A stretch of 64,000 nt of DNA from Lingula anatina (taxonomy: Eukaryota; Animalia; Brachiopoda). The notes below the pieces were generated by a model. The model saw only the letters and a list, made by a program, of their open reading frames with translations. It had not been told where the DNA came from and searched no databases. The position numbers and the translations under genes are program-made. Shown here one piece after another: positions 38,701-53,000 of the stretch; the first letter of the stretch is position 1, and every line of letters begins with the position of its first letter. The stretch lies in assembly GCA_051362555.1 (NCBI GenBank), contig CM120643.1:22944848-23008847 (forward strand). The letters are read 5' to 3'.

Positions 38701-40365
38701 GTGGTTGGGTGGGTGGTTGGGGGGGGGGGGGTACCAGCTGTGCCCCCCCCCCCCCCCCCAAATCAAAATTTGCCATTACACAGCACAGCATATATAATCT
38801 ATTACAAAGACCATCGAGTACAGCAAGCTGCCCCAGATGAGTTAACGTTACAGGTCTGGTTGACAGGCCGACACGAATGGTCAATATTGACAGTTGCCTT
38901 ACCACCATGTAAAACTGAAGTTGTTGTGAACAGCATGGTAAACGTCCTTTCCATATTTCTCCTCAGAATTGCATACAACAGGTACCAAATGTCAAAAAAT
39001 AGTTTCTAGTTACTTTACAAGGACAGTCATAATGAAATCGATATCACACCAAAAAAAAAAAAAAAAGAATTCACACTTGAAGGAAAACACAAGTTGTGCA
39101 TTTGCAACAAAACATGAGTGGAATTTGATATGGATAAAGGGAACTGAGGTTTGAAGGCTCTTGAGGAATTTATGTGAAATCATATCCCTATGAAAGTCAT
39201 AATCAGTCACAATTAGACTATGCAGTGATTAAATATTAACAAAACATACATGGAGGTGGACTTTGATGTGAATAAAGACAACTAAGGTTTAAAAGCTCAT
39301 GGGGAAATTCAGTAAATTTTATCCCTAGAGAATCATTATCAGTAGCAATTAGACTACGTATGCGCTGATCAAATATTTAAAAATCCGCTAATCAGCTATG
39401 GCATTTAAACTGCAAGTTGCTATACAGCCAATACTCCTGGTGATCTGATTGCAATGAATAAATAAATAGGTAAATAAATAAATATATCATGTACTGGCCC
39501 TATGTGACACTCAAAGCACTATCAAAGCAAAAACAAAGAGAAAAGTTCAGACAAAGAGCCACTAGTGAGAGGGTAGGATGTCTATGTATTAGATGCCAAG
39601 TAACATTAATGGATCACCTGCATGTCTGTGTTTCATTTCGAGTACCATGATTGTATCACCAGATCAAGGATAACACTTTGGGTCAGTCTTCTGTATTTAA
39701 CAATTTTGTTTTTGCGAAATCCCCCCTCCCTCCCCCCCCCCCCCCCCCGAAAAAAAAATCTTTAGTAGGTTTCACACTTATAGGGATGAGACTGCCATTT
39801 TGTTAAAATGTAGGGAAATTATTAAATGTTAGGACCCAACAGAAGTCAGCAGATGGAAATCTTGCTCAGGTCTCAGTAAAATATGCACAACATTAAGAGA
39901 ACTATTTTCCTCTACATATGGTTTAATAGTAGTAAGTAGCAATAAATAGATTAATCATAAGTCTTGTGAAGTTATAATGACTTTGTAACAGAAAAAACAT
40001 TTTTGAGTGTCTAAAAAGATAAGACTTGAAAAGATAAAAGAATTAGAAAAATTTAAGTGTTCAAAAATTTAAAGAAGATGGTATTAATATAACATAGTGT
40101 TGTGACTGGCAATGAGCAAGATGGTAGATAGGCAAACAGAAGAATTGCATTTTCTGCCTACAGTATGATAATGGTACCCTATCTCCAGTTTTTCAATCCA
40201 AATTTAATTTCCCAGCACAGTAACCATTGCATGTGGGTTGCTGAACTTGGATTAAACTTTTTATACAATTTTTATTTAAACAATTTAGTCATAAATGAAT
40301 GGCCAGTAATTTGGACAGCCTTGTACATATCAGTGGAAAATATAGACATCAGGTACTTTTATATG

Positions 40366-42752
40366 CTTTTTATGTACAGACACAGATGTGTCTGTACATA
40401 TTGCCATCACCTGCGTCTGTCGTCGCCGATGGCGATGGCGATGCCGATGCCGATGCCGGCGCCGTGCACTTTCCTTGTAAACACGATAAGTGGAGGGCAG
40501 TTTTACTTTTTGGCTTTATATTTACAGAGCTGATGAATATTCATAAAACGCAGGTCAAGTTCGAAAATCAGCATAATCGGGCCATTATTGTAGAAGTTAT
40601 GCTGTTTTTTCACTTTTCAGCATATTTTTCACATTTCCTCAGATTCAATTCTTAGGCATGTTAACAGTCTCATTATTAAACGAATAAGATACATAAAAGT
40701 GTTTGTTTGACATTTCCTGCATCTTTACAACATTGTTAGTTGATTTTGTAAAAATGATGGTAAACTTGTTATCGTGTATTGTGTAATAAAGTTTCAAAAA
40801 TGGAAATAAACTCATATCATTGCAGTTTGTCAGATTCAATCATTCACTATGTTCAGAATCTCAGAATGGAAGAAATTGGACATTTAACACTGCTCTGTTG
40901 ATATTTTTCCCATCTCATCAATTTTCTTAGTTGATCATATAAAAATGGCAGTAAACTGTTAATTTTGTTTTATGTTAAAAATTGTCAAAAATGGAAAAAA
41001 AAAAAACATTTCAGAACAGTGCTGTCTTGTTTACATTTTGGCATTTTCAAGTTGTGACTTTGAAGTTCCATGGGCCTGAAGACCTTTGCTAGTCACATTT
41101 TCTGAATATCCATGATACTAATATTTTATTATTAAAAATTGATGGTCATCATGCTGTTAAACATTATGTAATATTGCATCAAAATTTGAAAAAAACCTAT
41201 TTTGGGCACTGCTCCCATGATGACCATTTAAGAAAAACCATGTCACTTACTGTTCTCAAACAGTACAGTAAATATATAAAGATGTGTCTGTACATATTGC
41301 CATCACCTGCATCTGTCGTCCCCGTCATCGCCGTCGCTGGCGCCGTGCACTTTCATTGTAAACACGATAAGTGGAAGGCAGTTTTACTTTTTGGCTTTAT
41401 ATTTATACAGCTTATGAATATTCATAAAACGCAGGTCAAGTTCGAAAATCAGCATGATCGGGCCATTATTGTAGAAGTTATGCTTTATTTTTATGTACAG
41501 ACACAGATGTGTCTCCACATTTTGCCATCACCTGCGTCTGTCGTTGCCATCGCTGTCGTCGCCGTGCACTTTCCTTGTAAACACGATAAGTGGGAGGCAG
41601 TTTTACTTTTTGGCTTTATATTTACAGAGCTGATGAATATTCATAAAATGCAGGTCAAGTTCGAAAATCAGCATGATCGGGCCATTATTGTAGAAGTTAT
41701 GCTGTTTTTTCCCTTTTTCAGCATATATGCAACACTGTTAACACATTTCAACGAAAACCTATAGGCCTGTTGTCATGAAACTCACAGGAAAAATTGATCT
41801 TACTAAAACGCAGGTCAAGTTCGAAAATTGGCATGATCGGGCCACTATTTTAGTAGTTATGCTTTTTTTTCTTTTTTCAGCATATATGCAACACTGTAAA
41901 CACAATATAAGAAAAACAGATAGGCCAATTGTCATTAAACTCACAGGAGTTGTCAATCCTGCTAAAACGCAGGTTAAGTTAAAAAATCAGCATAATCGGG
42001 CCATTACTTTAGAAGTTAAGCTGTTTTTTTTACATTTCCTTAGATTCAATTCTTAGGCATGTTAACAGTTTCATTATTTAATTAATAAGATATGTAAAAG
42101 TGTTTTTATGACATTTCCTGCATCTTTACAACATTGTTAGTTGATTTTGTAAAAATGATGTTAAACTTGTTATTGTGTATTGTGTAATAAAGTTTCAAAA
42201 ATGGAAATAAACTCATATCATTGCAGTTTGTCAGATTGAATCATTCACTATGTTCAGAATCTCAGAATGGAAGAAATTGGACATTTAACACTATTCTATT
42301 GATATTTTTCCCATCTTATCAATTTTCTTAGTTGATCATATAAAAATGGCAGTAAACTGTTAATTTTGTTTTATGTTAAAAATTCTTAAAAATGGAAATA
42401 AACCCATTTCAGAACAGTGCTGTCTTGTTAGGATTGGCATGCAGTTCAAATTAGAATGCCAGCTCAATTGGGTTATCATTTATTATTGAATTTATGCAGT
42501 TTTGTGTGAAATTTTCATTTTTCTCATTCTGGCATTTTCAAAGTGTGAACTTGAACTCCCATTGGCCTGAAGCCTTATGCTTGTTACACATTTTACTTAC
42601 GTCAGTATTACCTGTTGAGCATAATTAAAATTTGATGTTGAATTTGCAGTTGAGCATAATGTACTTTTGCATCAGAATTGACAGTAGCCTATTTTGTGCA
42701 TTGTTATTGTCTGCTTTTTGTCTGTACATTTGACAGCTTTGCTGCCTTGTTT
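40366..42752 (+). mobile_element. HINE family A composite copy with internal restarts at ~41280 and ~41487
   Basis: Same 5' hairpin, microsatellite, core repeats and 3' GACAGCTTTGCTGCCTTGTTT end as the 8021 copy. The 5' module occurs three times. Confidence 0.82.
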
Positions 42753-42828
42753 AAAATTAATTTTAAGGTCAGAATTGGGAAAGACAAATAGTTTTGTAGC
42801 TTATGTAGGCACAGAAATTATGTCTCTG

Positions 42829-44339
42829 AAACAAGGCAGCAAAGCTGTCAAATGTACAGACAAAAAGCAGGAAATAACTATGCACAAAATAGGCTAATGT
42901 CAATTCTGATGCAAAATTACATTATGTTAAACTGCAAATTTAACATCAAATTTTAATTATGCTCAACAGGTAATACCAATGTAAGTAAAATGTGTAACAA
43001 GCATAAGGCTTCAGGCCCATGGGAGTTCAAGTTCACACTTTGAACATGTATAACTTCCAGAAAAAGAAGCCAATTAGACTGCTTTTCCAACTCAGGCTGC
43101 ATGCCGATTTCGAACTTGACTTGCGTTTTAGTAAGATCAATTACTCCTGTGAGTTTCATGACAACAAGCCTATCGGTTTTTCTTGAAATGCGTTTACAGT
43201 GTTGCATATATGCTGAAAAGTGAAAAAAAAGCATAACTTCTACAATAAAGGCCCGATCATGCTGATTTTTGAACTTGACCTGTGTTTTATGAATATTCAT
43301 CAGCTCTGTAAATATAAAGCCCAAAAGTAAAACTGCCTTCCACTTATCGTGCTTACAATGAAAGTGCACGGCGACGGCGATGACGGCGACGACAGACACA
43401 GGTGATGTCAATATGTACAGACACATCTATATATATTTACTGTACTGTTTAAGAACAGTAATTGACATGGTTTTTCTTAAATGGTCATCATGGGAACAGT
43501 GCCCAAAATAGGTTTTTTTCAAATTTTGATGCAATATTACATAATGTTTAACAGCATAATGACCATCAATTTTTAATAATAAAATATTAGTATCATGGAT
43601 GTTCAGAAAATGTGACTAGCAAAGGTCTTCAGGCCCATGGAACTTCAAAGTCACAACTTGAAAATGCCAAAATGTAAACAAGACAGCACTGTTCTGAAAT
43701 GTTTTTTTTTTCCATTTTTAACAATTTTTAACATAAAACAAAATTAACAGTTTACTGCCATTTTTATATGATCAACTAAGAAAATTGATGAGATGGGAAA
43801 AATATCAACAGAGCAGTGTTAAATGTCCAATTTCTTCCATTCTGAGATTCTGAACATAGTGAATGATTGAATCTGACAAACTGCAATGATATGAGTTTTT
43901 TTCTATTTTTGAAACTTTATTACACAATACATGATAACAAGTTTACCATCTTTTTTACAAAATCAACTAACAATGTTGTAAAGATGCAGGAAATGTCAAA
44001 CAAACACTTTTATGTATCTTATTAGTTTAATAATGAGACTGTTAACATGCCTAAGAATTGAATCTGAGGAAATGTGAAAAATATGCTGAAAAGTGAAAAA
44101 ACAGCATAACTTCTACAATAATGGCCCGATCATACTGATTTTCGAACTTGACCTGCGTTTTATGAATATTCATCAGCTCTGTAAATATAAAGCCAAAAAG
44201 TAAAACTGCCCTCCACTTATCGTGTTTACAAGGAAAGTGCACGGCGCCGGCATCGGCATCGGCATCGCCATCGCCATCGGCGACGACAGACGCAGGTGAT
44301 GGCAATATGTACAGACACATCTGTGTCTGTACATAAAAA
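42829..44339 (-). mobile_element. HINE family A composite copy, inverted, tail-to-tail with the previous copy
   Basis: Begins AAACAAGGCAGCAAAGCTGTCAAATGTACAGACA (reverse complement of the 3' end) and ends TGTACAGACACATCTGTGTCTGTACATAAAAA. Confidence 0.82.
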
Positions 44340-45213
44340 TGTGGAAAAAAATACACCTTTATGGCTCATCAGACAGCTGACAGACTAAGAAGACTCAACT
44401 TATGTTCAGACTGAGATGACTTAAGATTTTAGCATCTGTGGCGTGAAATCCAAGTCAGTTTTCACATTACCCATTCTCTGACATAACAATCAATGTGCAG
44501 ATGAATATCTGTGCCTAATGGAAACATCAGAGATGAGACCTGCACAACTCTTTTCAAGGCCTATGAATTGCCAGTATTTCCAATTAATAATCCCCCCTTT
44601 GATCAACAGGGCACTATGATAATGCTAAGCAATATTCAATTTATTCATGTCCTTACTAAAAATATAATATAATACAGCATTCACTGATAATTACTTTGAA
44701 TCATTCAAACATGATACATTTAATGAGGAAGTAAGACAAATGAATTCATGCAATTTATCGCTTGAACAAAAACTTTTCAAGTCGGCATAAAGACACTATG
44801 GAATACAATGTTATCTTTTCACAATTGATGTTTGTACTGTTTTTTCCCAGATGTGTTTAAAAAAAATCAGAACTTAAAGCTAAAAAAAGGGTGTTTGTAA
44901 GAACACTTGTTTAGCACCATAAGTCACAAATGGATATATATTTTAAATATATGCTATATCACTAAAAATATCTGATGCCTTTGGTTGTGTGCATCAACAT
45001 ACCTTAAACTCTACCTGATACAATTAACTTTATAAGTTCTTCCACTTGAACTCATTTAAGAACTTTCTTGTTTCCTCACTTATGTTCCAAAGTAATACTA
45101 ATAATAGCTAGGGTAAACACTGCATTTTGTATATCTTAATCATTATTGGCAAAAGGTTTTGCTTAAAGTAAAGAATTTACTCTATATGACCCTGACTTAA
45201 ATTTAAAAAAAAA

Positions 45214-48200
45214 TTACACAAAAGTTGGGAAGAGCAATTTCACTCTCTGGCTGACAGTAAATACTGGGTACGTTTTCTTCTTCATCAGCACGTCTGTGAC
45301 CACGTGCTTTCCCGTAAGCACATCCCCCCAGTGTGTGCAGGAGATTTTATAGGCAAACACCATGACGTTGGGCTGATCCATTCTCACAGCCACAGACACA
45401 GAGACTGGTAACCCTGGCAACTGCATCAGACACTCCTGCTTACTGTTCTTTGCAAATATGATATCTCCACCGGAACAAATAATCCCCAGGGACTTCTCAT
45501 TCATCCCCGTTAAATCCTTGAAGTTGAGGGGAACGGAAGCGATCCCCACACCAAATAAATAACCGGTGTTTAAATTGCCCATGTGAGTACTGTTCTTGTC
45601 TATGGTGACAGTCCAACTGGAGTTGGCAGTCAGTTCCTCAGCCGTGAAGGAAGTTGAGGTGAAGCCCCAGGTTATGAGGTATTTGTTGTGGACCCGAGGG
45701 GCCTCACTGCGACCTTGACCCTGTGGTGACCTGGGTGAGGTAGGAGACTTGATGTGGGGAATGATAGTTTTGCACTGGTCTTCATCTTCTTCTGAAAAGG
45801 TTTTAGAAAAGTAGAAAAAAATATTATCATGCTACTGAATTTCAAAAGAAATGCAAAAAGACTAACATGATATATAATATCAGAAGCTAAAAAAGTTACA
45901 ACTGCAAAATAATTTTTATCAATTGTGCAAATAAAAGTGCAAATGAAATAATAATTATCACATATGATGTATTTCAGTCTAATGCCATCATGTTTTACTT
46001 GTGCTCCAAATGCAATAAAATTTCCTCAGCATCTACTGTCGTAGACGTAAAAAACAATAAAATTACATATTTTTAAATACATATTTATAAAAAAAAACGT
46101 ATAACAGATTTTGATAATGCAGTAAAAAATCAATTTATAAATTCTGTCTGCAGCAGAAAGAAATACCACACCATCCCTACCTAGCATCAAGCGTACAGCA
46201 GCCATTGCTCGATGGCGAAACTTTCTGGTCCCTGTGTACAGATCAGACACTTGGCTGCTCTTCTTCTTCACACAGTCTTCAAACTGGAGGTTTACCTCCT
46301 TGGTCCTAGGGGAGTAGGTTTAAAAATAACTGACAATATCTTGTACAATATCCATCAATATCTTTTTGGGCATGTAACTTTATAATTATATTCTTAAGTA
46401 AATTTCATAATTGTTTAGCTGGGGTACAATACTGCTCTGAAAAATGTATCTTGGCACTGAGGAAAAATTTCAAATGCATCAAAGATAATCATTACCTGGA
46501 CATGACTTTAAAAAACTGAAAATAATTTTTCAAGATTACTCCTACTAAGCAAACTCACTTGTTTGCACACTGTTCCACTTCTTTGTTTAGCTGCTCTACA
46601 CGACTGGCATTTATCAGCGTTGCATGCACATTCTTCTCTTCAACCAGCTCCTGGCACGACTGCGAAAGCATGTGCATCTGCTTGATATGCTGCTTGCTCT
46701 CTGTCATCGTGTGCTGTAATTTGCGAAGACACTGATTCTTTTCCTCTGCGAGACTGTGCAAGATGGCATCTCTCTCTTGGCTTAAAATAAAACTGAGGTC
46801 TGCCAAAAGACGCTTGTATTGGTTTTCTATGTGACTCTCAGACTCCTTGTGGATACTCTGCAGGAGAAATGTGAAATATGAAATCCAACATCCAATCTCA
46901 GACAAAAAACACCATTTCTCTTTTAAAAAATTGCGAAATAAATGAACATTCACCAAACTAAAATGATTTCTTACTTAAATAATCTAACAACGTCTTTATC
47001 AATATTGTTGGTCTTTATGGTTATATTCAACATACTCAGGTGATGCACACAGACTTTACACTTGAAGGTACATAACAGAAATAAAGGTGTACTATCATGT
47101 TTGAAAACATCCCATAGTCATATTTTTTATGTTTAAATATCCTGCATTGTTTGACTACAACAGACTAAAGAATCCATAGGCAAGGATAGGTCAAGCTATA
47201 ATTCATGTGTGGGATGACATTGCTTTTTTCTGGTGGAAAATTCATTTTGCTGTGAAAATCCAAGATAAGACACCTTTAATTTAGTTTAACTTCATTATAT
47301 TGTCACTCATAACAGCATTACCTTAATTTCATTGATAAGTTCCTCTAGCTTGGTTTGCTGCTCAGCATGGCTGACAAGTTGCTTCTCAAGTCCTTGGCGT
47401 TTCCCACTGACCAATTCCTGTAAATGAAAACCAGACGGGTTTCACGTCTACAAATTATGTATTCTTTTAAGTTCATTTACCCCAATCAACTATGGAATGT
47501 TATAATTGTATAGTTGCTATGATAGGGTATGGTGGGCTTGAAATCACTTATTACTGACAATGGAGCTTTCAACTCCAGCTACACTCTTGTAGTGACTGTG
47601 TCTGATGTGCCATGGCTGACAATGCTCTAGATTGTGGTAGATGTGACTCAACCATTGTGACTGTCATTTCCAATAATTGTGCCACAGTTTGAGGACAGAA
47701 TGAGAATAGAATATTGAGACAGGTGTTTTACCGTTTATGCTCCAGGACTCCCTTATTGTATAAGCCAGAGTTGATTAATCATAATTTTCAAGTCTCTTTA
47801 GAAACTCACCTTAACTTTAGGCTAAAGTGAAAAATGTTATGCTGACAGAAAAACAGGATATTATTGTTAGTATGGACTTCACTTTGATAGCATGCACATT
47901 CTATTAACATCTTTTTTTAGTCACTCTGATAGACAGATACTCTCTTTTTCAATGTAATATATCAGTGCTCTCCAAATATATGTACCAGTATATATTCACC
48001 TTGATTTTGCCCGAGGCTGTCGTTGCATCCAATATCTTGTGCCCCGCATGTTTCCCTACCCCATCACACACACACAGATGACAGACAAGACTTTGGCATT
48101 GATCACAGAAAATAGCTGCCGCTTCTGCTTCATGATCCTGACAGAACACTTCCTTGTTGGACGATTCTAGATCTGACGGACGTCGAAGTTTGTGACGAAC

Positions 48201-49014
48201 AAGAGAGCCTCTCTTTGGATGGAATTTGTCCAAACATGGATGGCAGTAAGCCACAGAGCACTGGCCGCAGTACCAGGCAGCTTTACTGGGTGTGTTCCCT
48301 TCGCATAATTCACACTTCTGCCGATGCTCTACAGGAAAGTCTGCTGGTAAAACATCCTCAGTCTCCTCACTACCACCAGAGGGCTCTGGTGAGGGTAAAT
48401 CAATACTGGCTTTATTGGCAAGTCTTTTGCTGCACTCTTCAGTGTAGCGTATCACAATGTTTTCTAAGGCAAGGTTTCTTGGCAAGGAGGCAAGTGCTTC
48501 CTTAGTTGCGTCAAGTGGCTTTCTGCAGGAGGGACAGTCAATCTCTGAAATGTTGATAGCTAAGAATACAGCTTTGAAGCATTAAGAAATTGAGGGTCAA
48601 AGAAAGCACTATAGTGAGATGGGTTCTTTTTCTATCCTTAAAAAAAAATCTGAACACAAGTGAATGTCTTTATAATAATAATAATAATAATAATAGAAAA
48701 ATACACTGAATTTCTTGAAATCCTTAACATTTGTCACTTTGAATGGTGTCCATCTTTTCCTTGCGCCCACATATCGCTTCCTGAGCACATTGTTTACAGT
48801 TTTATCATGGGGAACCAATTATAAGGGGGAGAAGTTGCAAAGTAAAAGGAATGTATTAAACTTGTTATCACTTACTCTCTTCACTGTCTGTCTTCTCCTT
48901 CTTGCTGTGTATGATGTCCTGTAGACATTGCTTACAGACACTGTGTGAACACGGCAAGATCAGCGGGTCAGCATAGAGCTCCAGACACACTGGACAGGTC
49001 AGCTCATCCTCCAT
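45214..49014 (-). CDS. Tripartite motif (TRIM) E3 ubiquitin ligase: RING, B-box1, B-box2, coiled coil, divergent SPRY/B30.2-like C-terminus; N-terminus TRIM9/MID-like; 6 coding exons, ~593 aa
   Basis: Minus-strand exons 49014-48876, 48544-48000, 47417-47322, 46857-46559, 46305-46181, 45791-45214 (1782 nt, open). Motifs: [30 protein letters not shown]...IDCPSCR (RING); [11 protein letters not shown]; [33 protein letters not shown]; [32 protein letters not shown]; C-terminal YLFGVGIAS...YPVFTVS. Confidence 0.9.
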
Positions 49015-49423
49015 ACTACTGGTCACTCCTAGGAAAGTGAAAGTGAAAGTAGAGATATCTTGGATTCAAGACGAGTCAATGTATGGATCTGTCTATACAT
49101 AACACTGCTAATCAATCCTACAGAATAAAAATCACATGATCAATAAATTCACTGATCTTGTGGTCTATTTTCTATCTTTTCCTCTCACGTAATACCCCTT
49201 TTGATAAAGAGGAGTTACATCCAGGTTTATACAAAGACAAGACAAATTTGTATTTGGCAAGTAGGGTGCATCTGCTGAACACTCCTGGAAATTCAAAAAG
49301 TTTAAGTCATTTGATCTTAATACCACTTTTTTATCTCTTAAAACAAGATATATTCCCCACTTATGTACCAGCCACTCCAAGTAAATGAAATTATTGGAGT
49401 CCATCCAATGACCTTCCTCAACC

Positions 49424-49465
<42 letters not shown>

Positions 49466-50018
49466 GATCCTCCACCTGTCGCCTTACTTGACATATCGAT
49501 GCATTTTCATTTAAATTCATTATAAGTAACAGCAGGAAATCATACCTAATTGGCCAATCACCTCAAATTACCACTAAAATTCATCAAAGGAAATAAAAGG
49601 AAAATATACCCAAATGACCAATCTCCACCTAAAAACTTTGCAACCTTGAGATCTCTACAGCAACAGATGTGAGATGAGCCCACAGCTGTTACATGTGTAT
49701 ATTATTGCCAAAACTGCCAAGTAGAGTACAATATAATCCATACAGCTGTTGCTTGCTCAAACTATATATACATTACACAAAATCATAAATAAAATAATCT
49801 TCAAATTTTGATCAAGGCCATGTAATTCATCATTTCAAAGTACTCAAACGGAATCTCACAACTCAAAATTGTAGAAGTTTTTTTTCTGAGAACTTATGGC
49901 TTTTACTCATCACCTTTTTCACTTAGTTCTGCTCCCTGTCTATCTACACATTCTACATATGCTTCCTTACTTTATATTATCAATTTCTCTGCATGGTATA
50001 CAAACCTTTTTCTCATTT

Positions 50019-53000
50019 TAGTCCAGGAAATTGGTGAAAAATTGTGCATTTTTTACCTACAAGCATGAAATTTGGCACACTTATGGACAATAAAATTCTA
50101 AGCAAATTTGGATATATGGGCATGTCTGAAAATTCCAAAATGGCCGTCAAATCCAATATGGCCACCAAAATACCTTTTCAAATTAAAACTTCAAGTACAT
50201 AGTCTTCTAATGACTTAAAATATCATATAAAGGTTAGAAAACACCATGGTATGAATCCTTCCGGTGTATTAAATCCAAAATGGCCGCCAAAAGTAAAAAA
50301 AGCAGACCATTTATTCAAGATATCCATTTGAATGGGGAATTCATCAAGCACTTAAAACTACAAGCATAAAATTTGGCAGGTTTGTGGAAAATGAAATTCT
50401 GAGCAAGTTTGGATGTATGGGCATATCCGAAAATTTAAAAATGGCCTTCAAATCCAATATGGTCTCCAAAAATACGGCTTCTAATTAAAACTTCAAGTAT
50501 ATAGTCTTTTAAGGGCGTAAATATCATATAAAGGTTAAAAAACACCACGGTATGAATTCAGAATCAATATTTGCTTTTTTAGGTGTATTAAATCCAAAAT
50601 GGCCGCCAATAGTAAAAAGCACTCTACTAATCCAAGATATCCAGCGGAGTGGTTAATTCATCAAAAACTACAAGCATGGCATTTGGTACAGTTGTAAAAC
50701 AGGATTCCAAGCACTTTTGGATGTATGAGCATGTCTAAAAATTTCAATATATGGCCCCCAAATCCAATATAGCCGACACAAATACCCGTTCAAATTAAAA
50801 CTTCAAGTATATATAATCCTATCATAACTTAAGATAACATTTTATGGTTAGACAAGACTATGGTATACATGAAGTATCAATATTTGATTCTTTAAGTGTA
50901 TAGAAATCCAAAATAGCCTCCAAAAATAAGAAAAACAGGCCACTCACAGCAGCAGTAAAAAAAATTGGGTCAATTGTACAGAACAGGATTCTAAGCAATT
51001 TGTTATATAGGGACATGTCTGAATATTCTAATATGGCCACTAAAACCCTTTAAAGTAAAAAAAGGACTACTATATAATCTGACAGACAACAGTCTTTACT
51101 CTTTTTTGGTTTTTCGCTCCTTTAGTTACATTTAGACCCAAATGACCATAAAAAATGGAACAGGACTCCTTTTGGTCTAGTTGTGACACCACATGCCGCA
51201 ATTCTATAAATGTCAAGGATATGAAAATGTCAAGGTATTTTCACAAATAAGTTTCAAATTAACGAAAGTTATTTTATCAAGTAAGTGTTGCACATTTTAT
51301 GGGCGGTCAACCTTTTACTTTAGTAAATGGACAATATCTCAACAGAGGATAACAGCTAGCTACACCGAAATTTCTACTTATTTGGTTAAATAATTTTCAT
51401 TCATTAATGTGTGCCTAGCTTTACTAGTAGTTGTGTTTCCCTCAGCTTTCCCAGTATTTCCTTAAAGCTAAAGCTTCTACATGTAATCCACTTTCCCCAA
51501 CAAAATACCAAGAGGCATTGGTCGTTTTTAACACCAGAAAGCATCAGTTTACATGCATGAGGGTCAATAGGAATATGAAAGTGTGGTAGGGCATAGTAGT
51601 AGATGTAGGTTACTAGTGTGAACCCTTATAGGACCAGTCTTCCAATGCTTCTGACTCAGTTTACATGCATGACGGTCCATAGGAACATGAAAGTGTGGAA
51701 GGGCATATTAGTAGATGTAGGATACTAGTGTGAACCCTTATAGCACCAGTCTTCCAATGCTTCTGACTCCCCTCACCACAGTTAGCAACTGCACACATAA
51801 CTACAAACAGATGTGGTAGGAGCTACCTGGTAGATTTTGTAAGCTGGGTAAGTGAATACTCCTCATGGCTTCATTCTGGATTGTCCCACAGAGACAATGA
51901 TGCCGGAAATCTCATGAATTTTTACCTTTCAAAGTCCATATTGCACTAATTTCTTGTAAAATCCTCAGAATACATCGTTTTTTGAAGTTTTGTATGTATT
52001 AACTGTCTGGAGGATTTTAATTCTTTTATTTTCATGTTCAGTTTTTTGAAAGTATAAGTTTGTAACTAAACAAGTTGCCAAATGATCAAATGAAAACCAA
52101 CGTTTGGCGCCTATAGATCAGTGCTTCTTTTTTAGTGCACGAAGTGTGAAGTCTGCAATGCAACTCTTGGATACAGCACGTATCAACACCTGCCCTCTGT
52201 TTGGGGTACAGGTATTTCTTTGCTCATAAATTTTCACTAAATTCTCGGTAGCCATTACTGCGAATGTACTAAAGCCAATTTTTAAAATAAGAAGCTTTTC
52301 TAATTTACTTTTGAAGCACAAGATAACATCATAACATTATCGAGTGCAAATGTGCCCCACTTTTAGTACTTTACCAATGAAAAACACCAAATTGTTGAGA
52401 CCTGTATGTTTGATTAGCTGTCATTTTTGTTATATTTATGAGCATTTGATGAAGCGCCATGCACTGATCTAACTGAAGAATCATAACCAACAGACGAAAT
52501 TGGTACACCCCAAGTTTTTTATATTTGCCTCTTAAAGGCTAAGTTATTCTGGTGTTTCTTTCACATTTTAGGGATTTTGCACGATACTTTTTTTCTTAGA
52601 AAGGGGGAGTCACTCATGAGTGCCATATAAGAAGATTGCTAACTGGGAATTGATCTTAATGAGAATCCAGAGCAAAAAGTCAAACTACTTATGTTGGTTT
52701 ATCAAAAGAAGGACTTTTTTCAGTACATAATAAATGAATCATGCTTGTTGGTTTTTTAAAAACTCTGTAGAATAGCTCCTGCACAGGTAGGAATATGCTG
52801 ATTATACAGGTAGTTTGCAAAGCCCACATGCCTATTCCCGAGTGATTACAATTCAATAGTTGTGGTCTGCTGACTTTTGGAGGCCATTTTGGAATTTTAA
52901 AACCTTAAGTGGCAGATATTGATACTTCATACATACAATGGTATTTTCTAACCATTAAATGATATTTTTATAAAAGACTATACAAATAACTTTCACCTTG

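Noticed and set aside
40165-44356. Several 90-196 aa ORFs with repeated MCLYILPSPASVV...KHDKW
   Set aside because: These are chance translations of the non-coding HINE 5' module. No Rep/helicase motifs are present.
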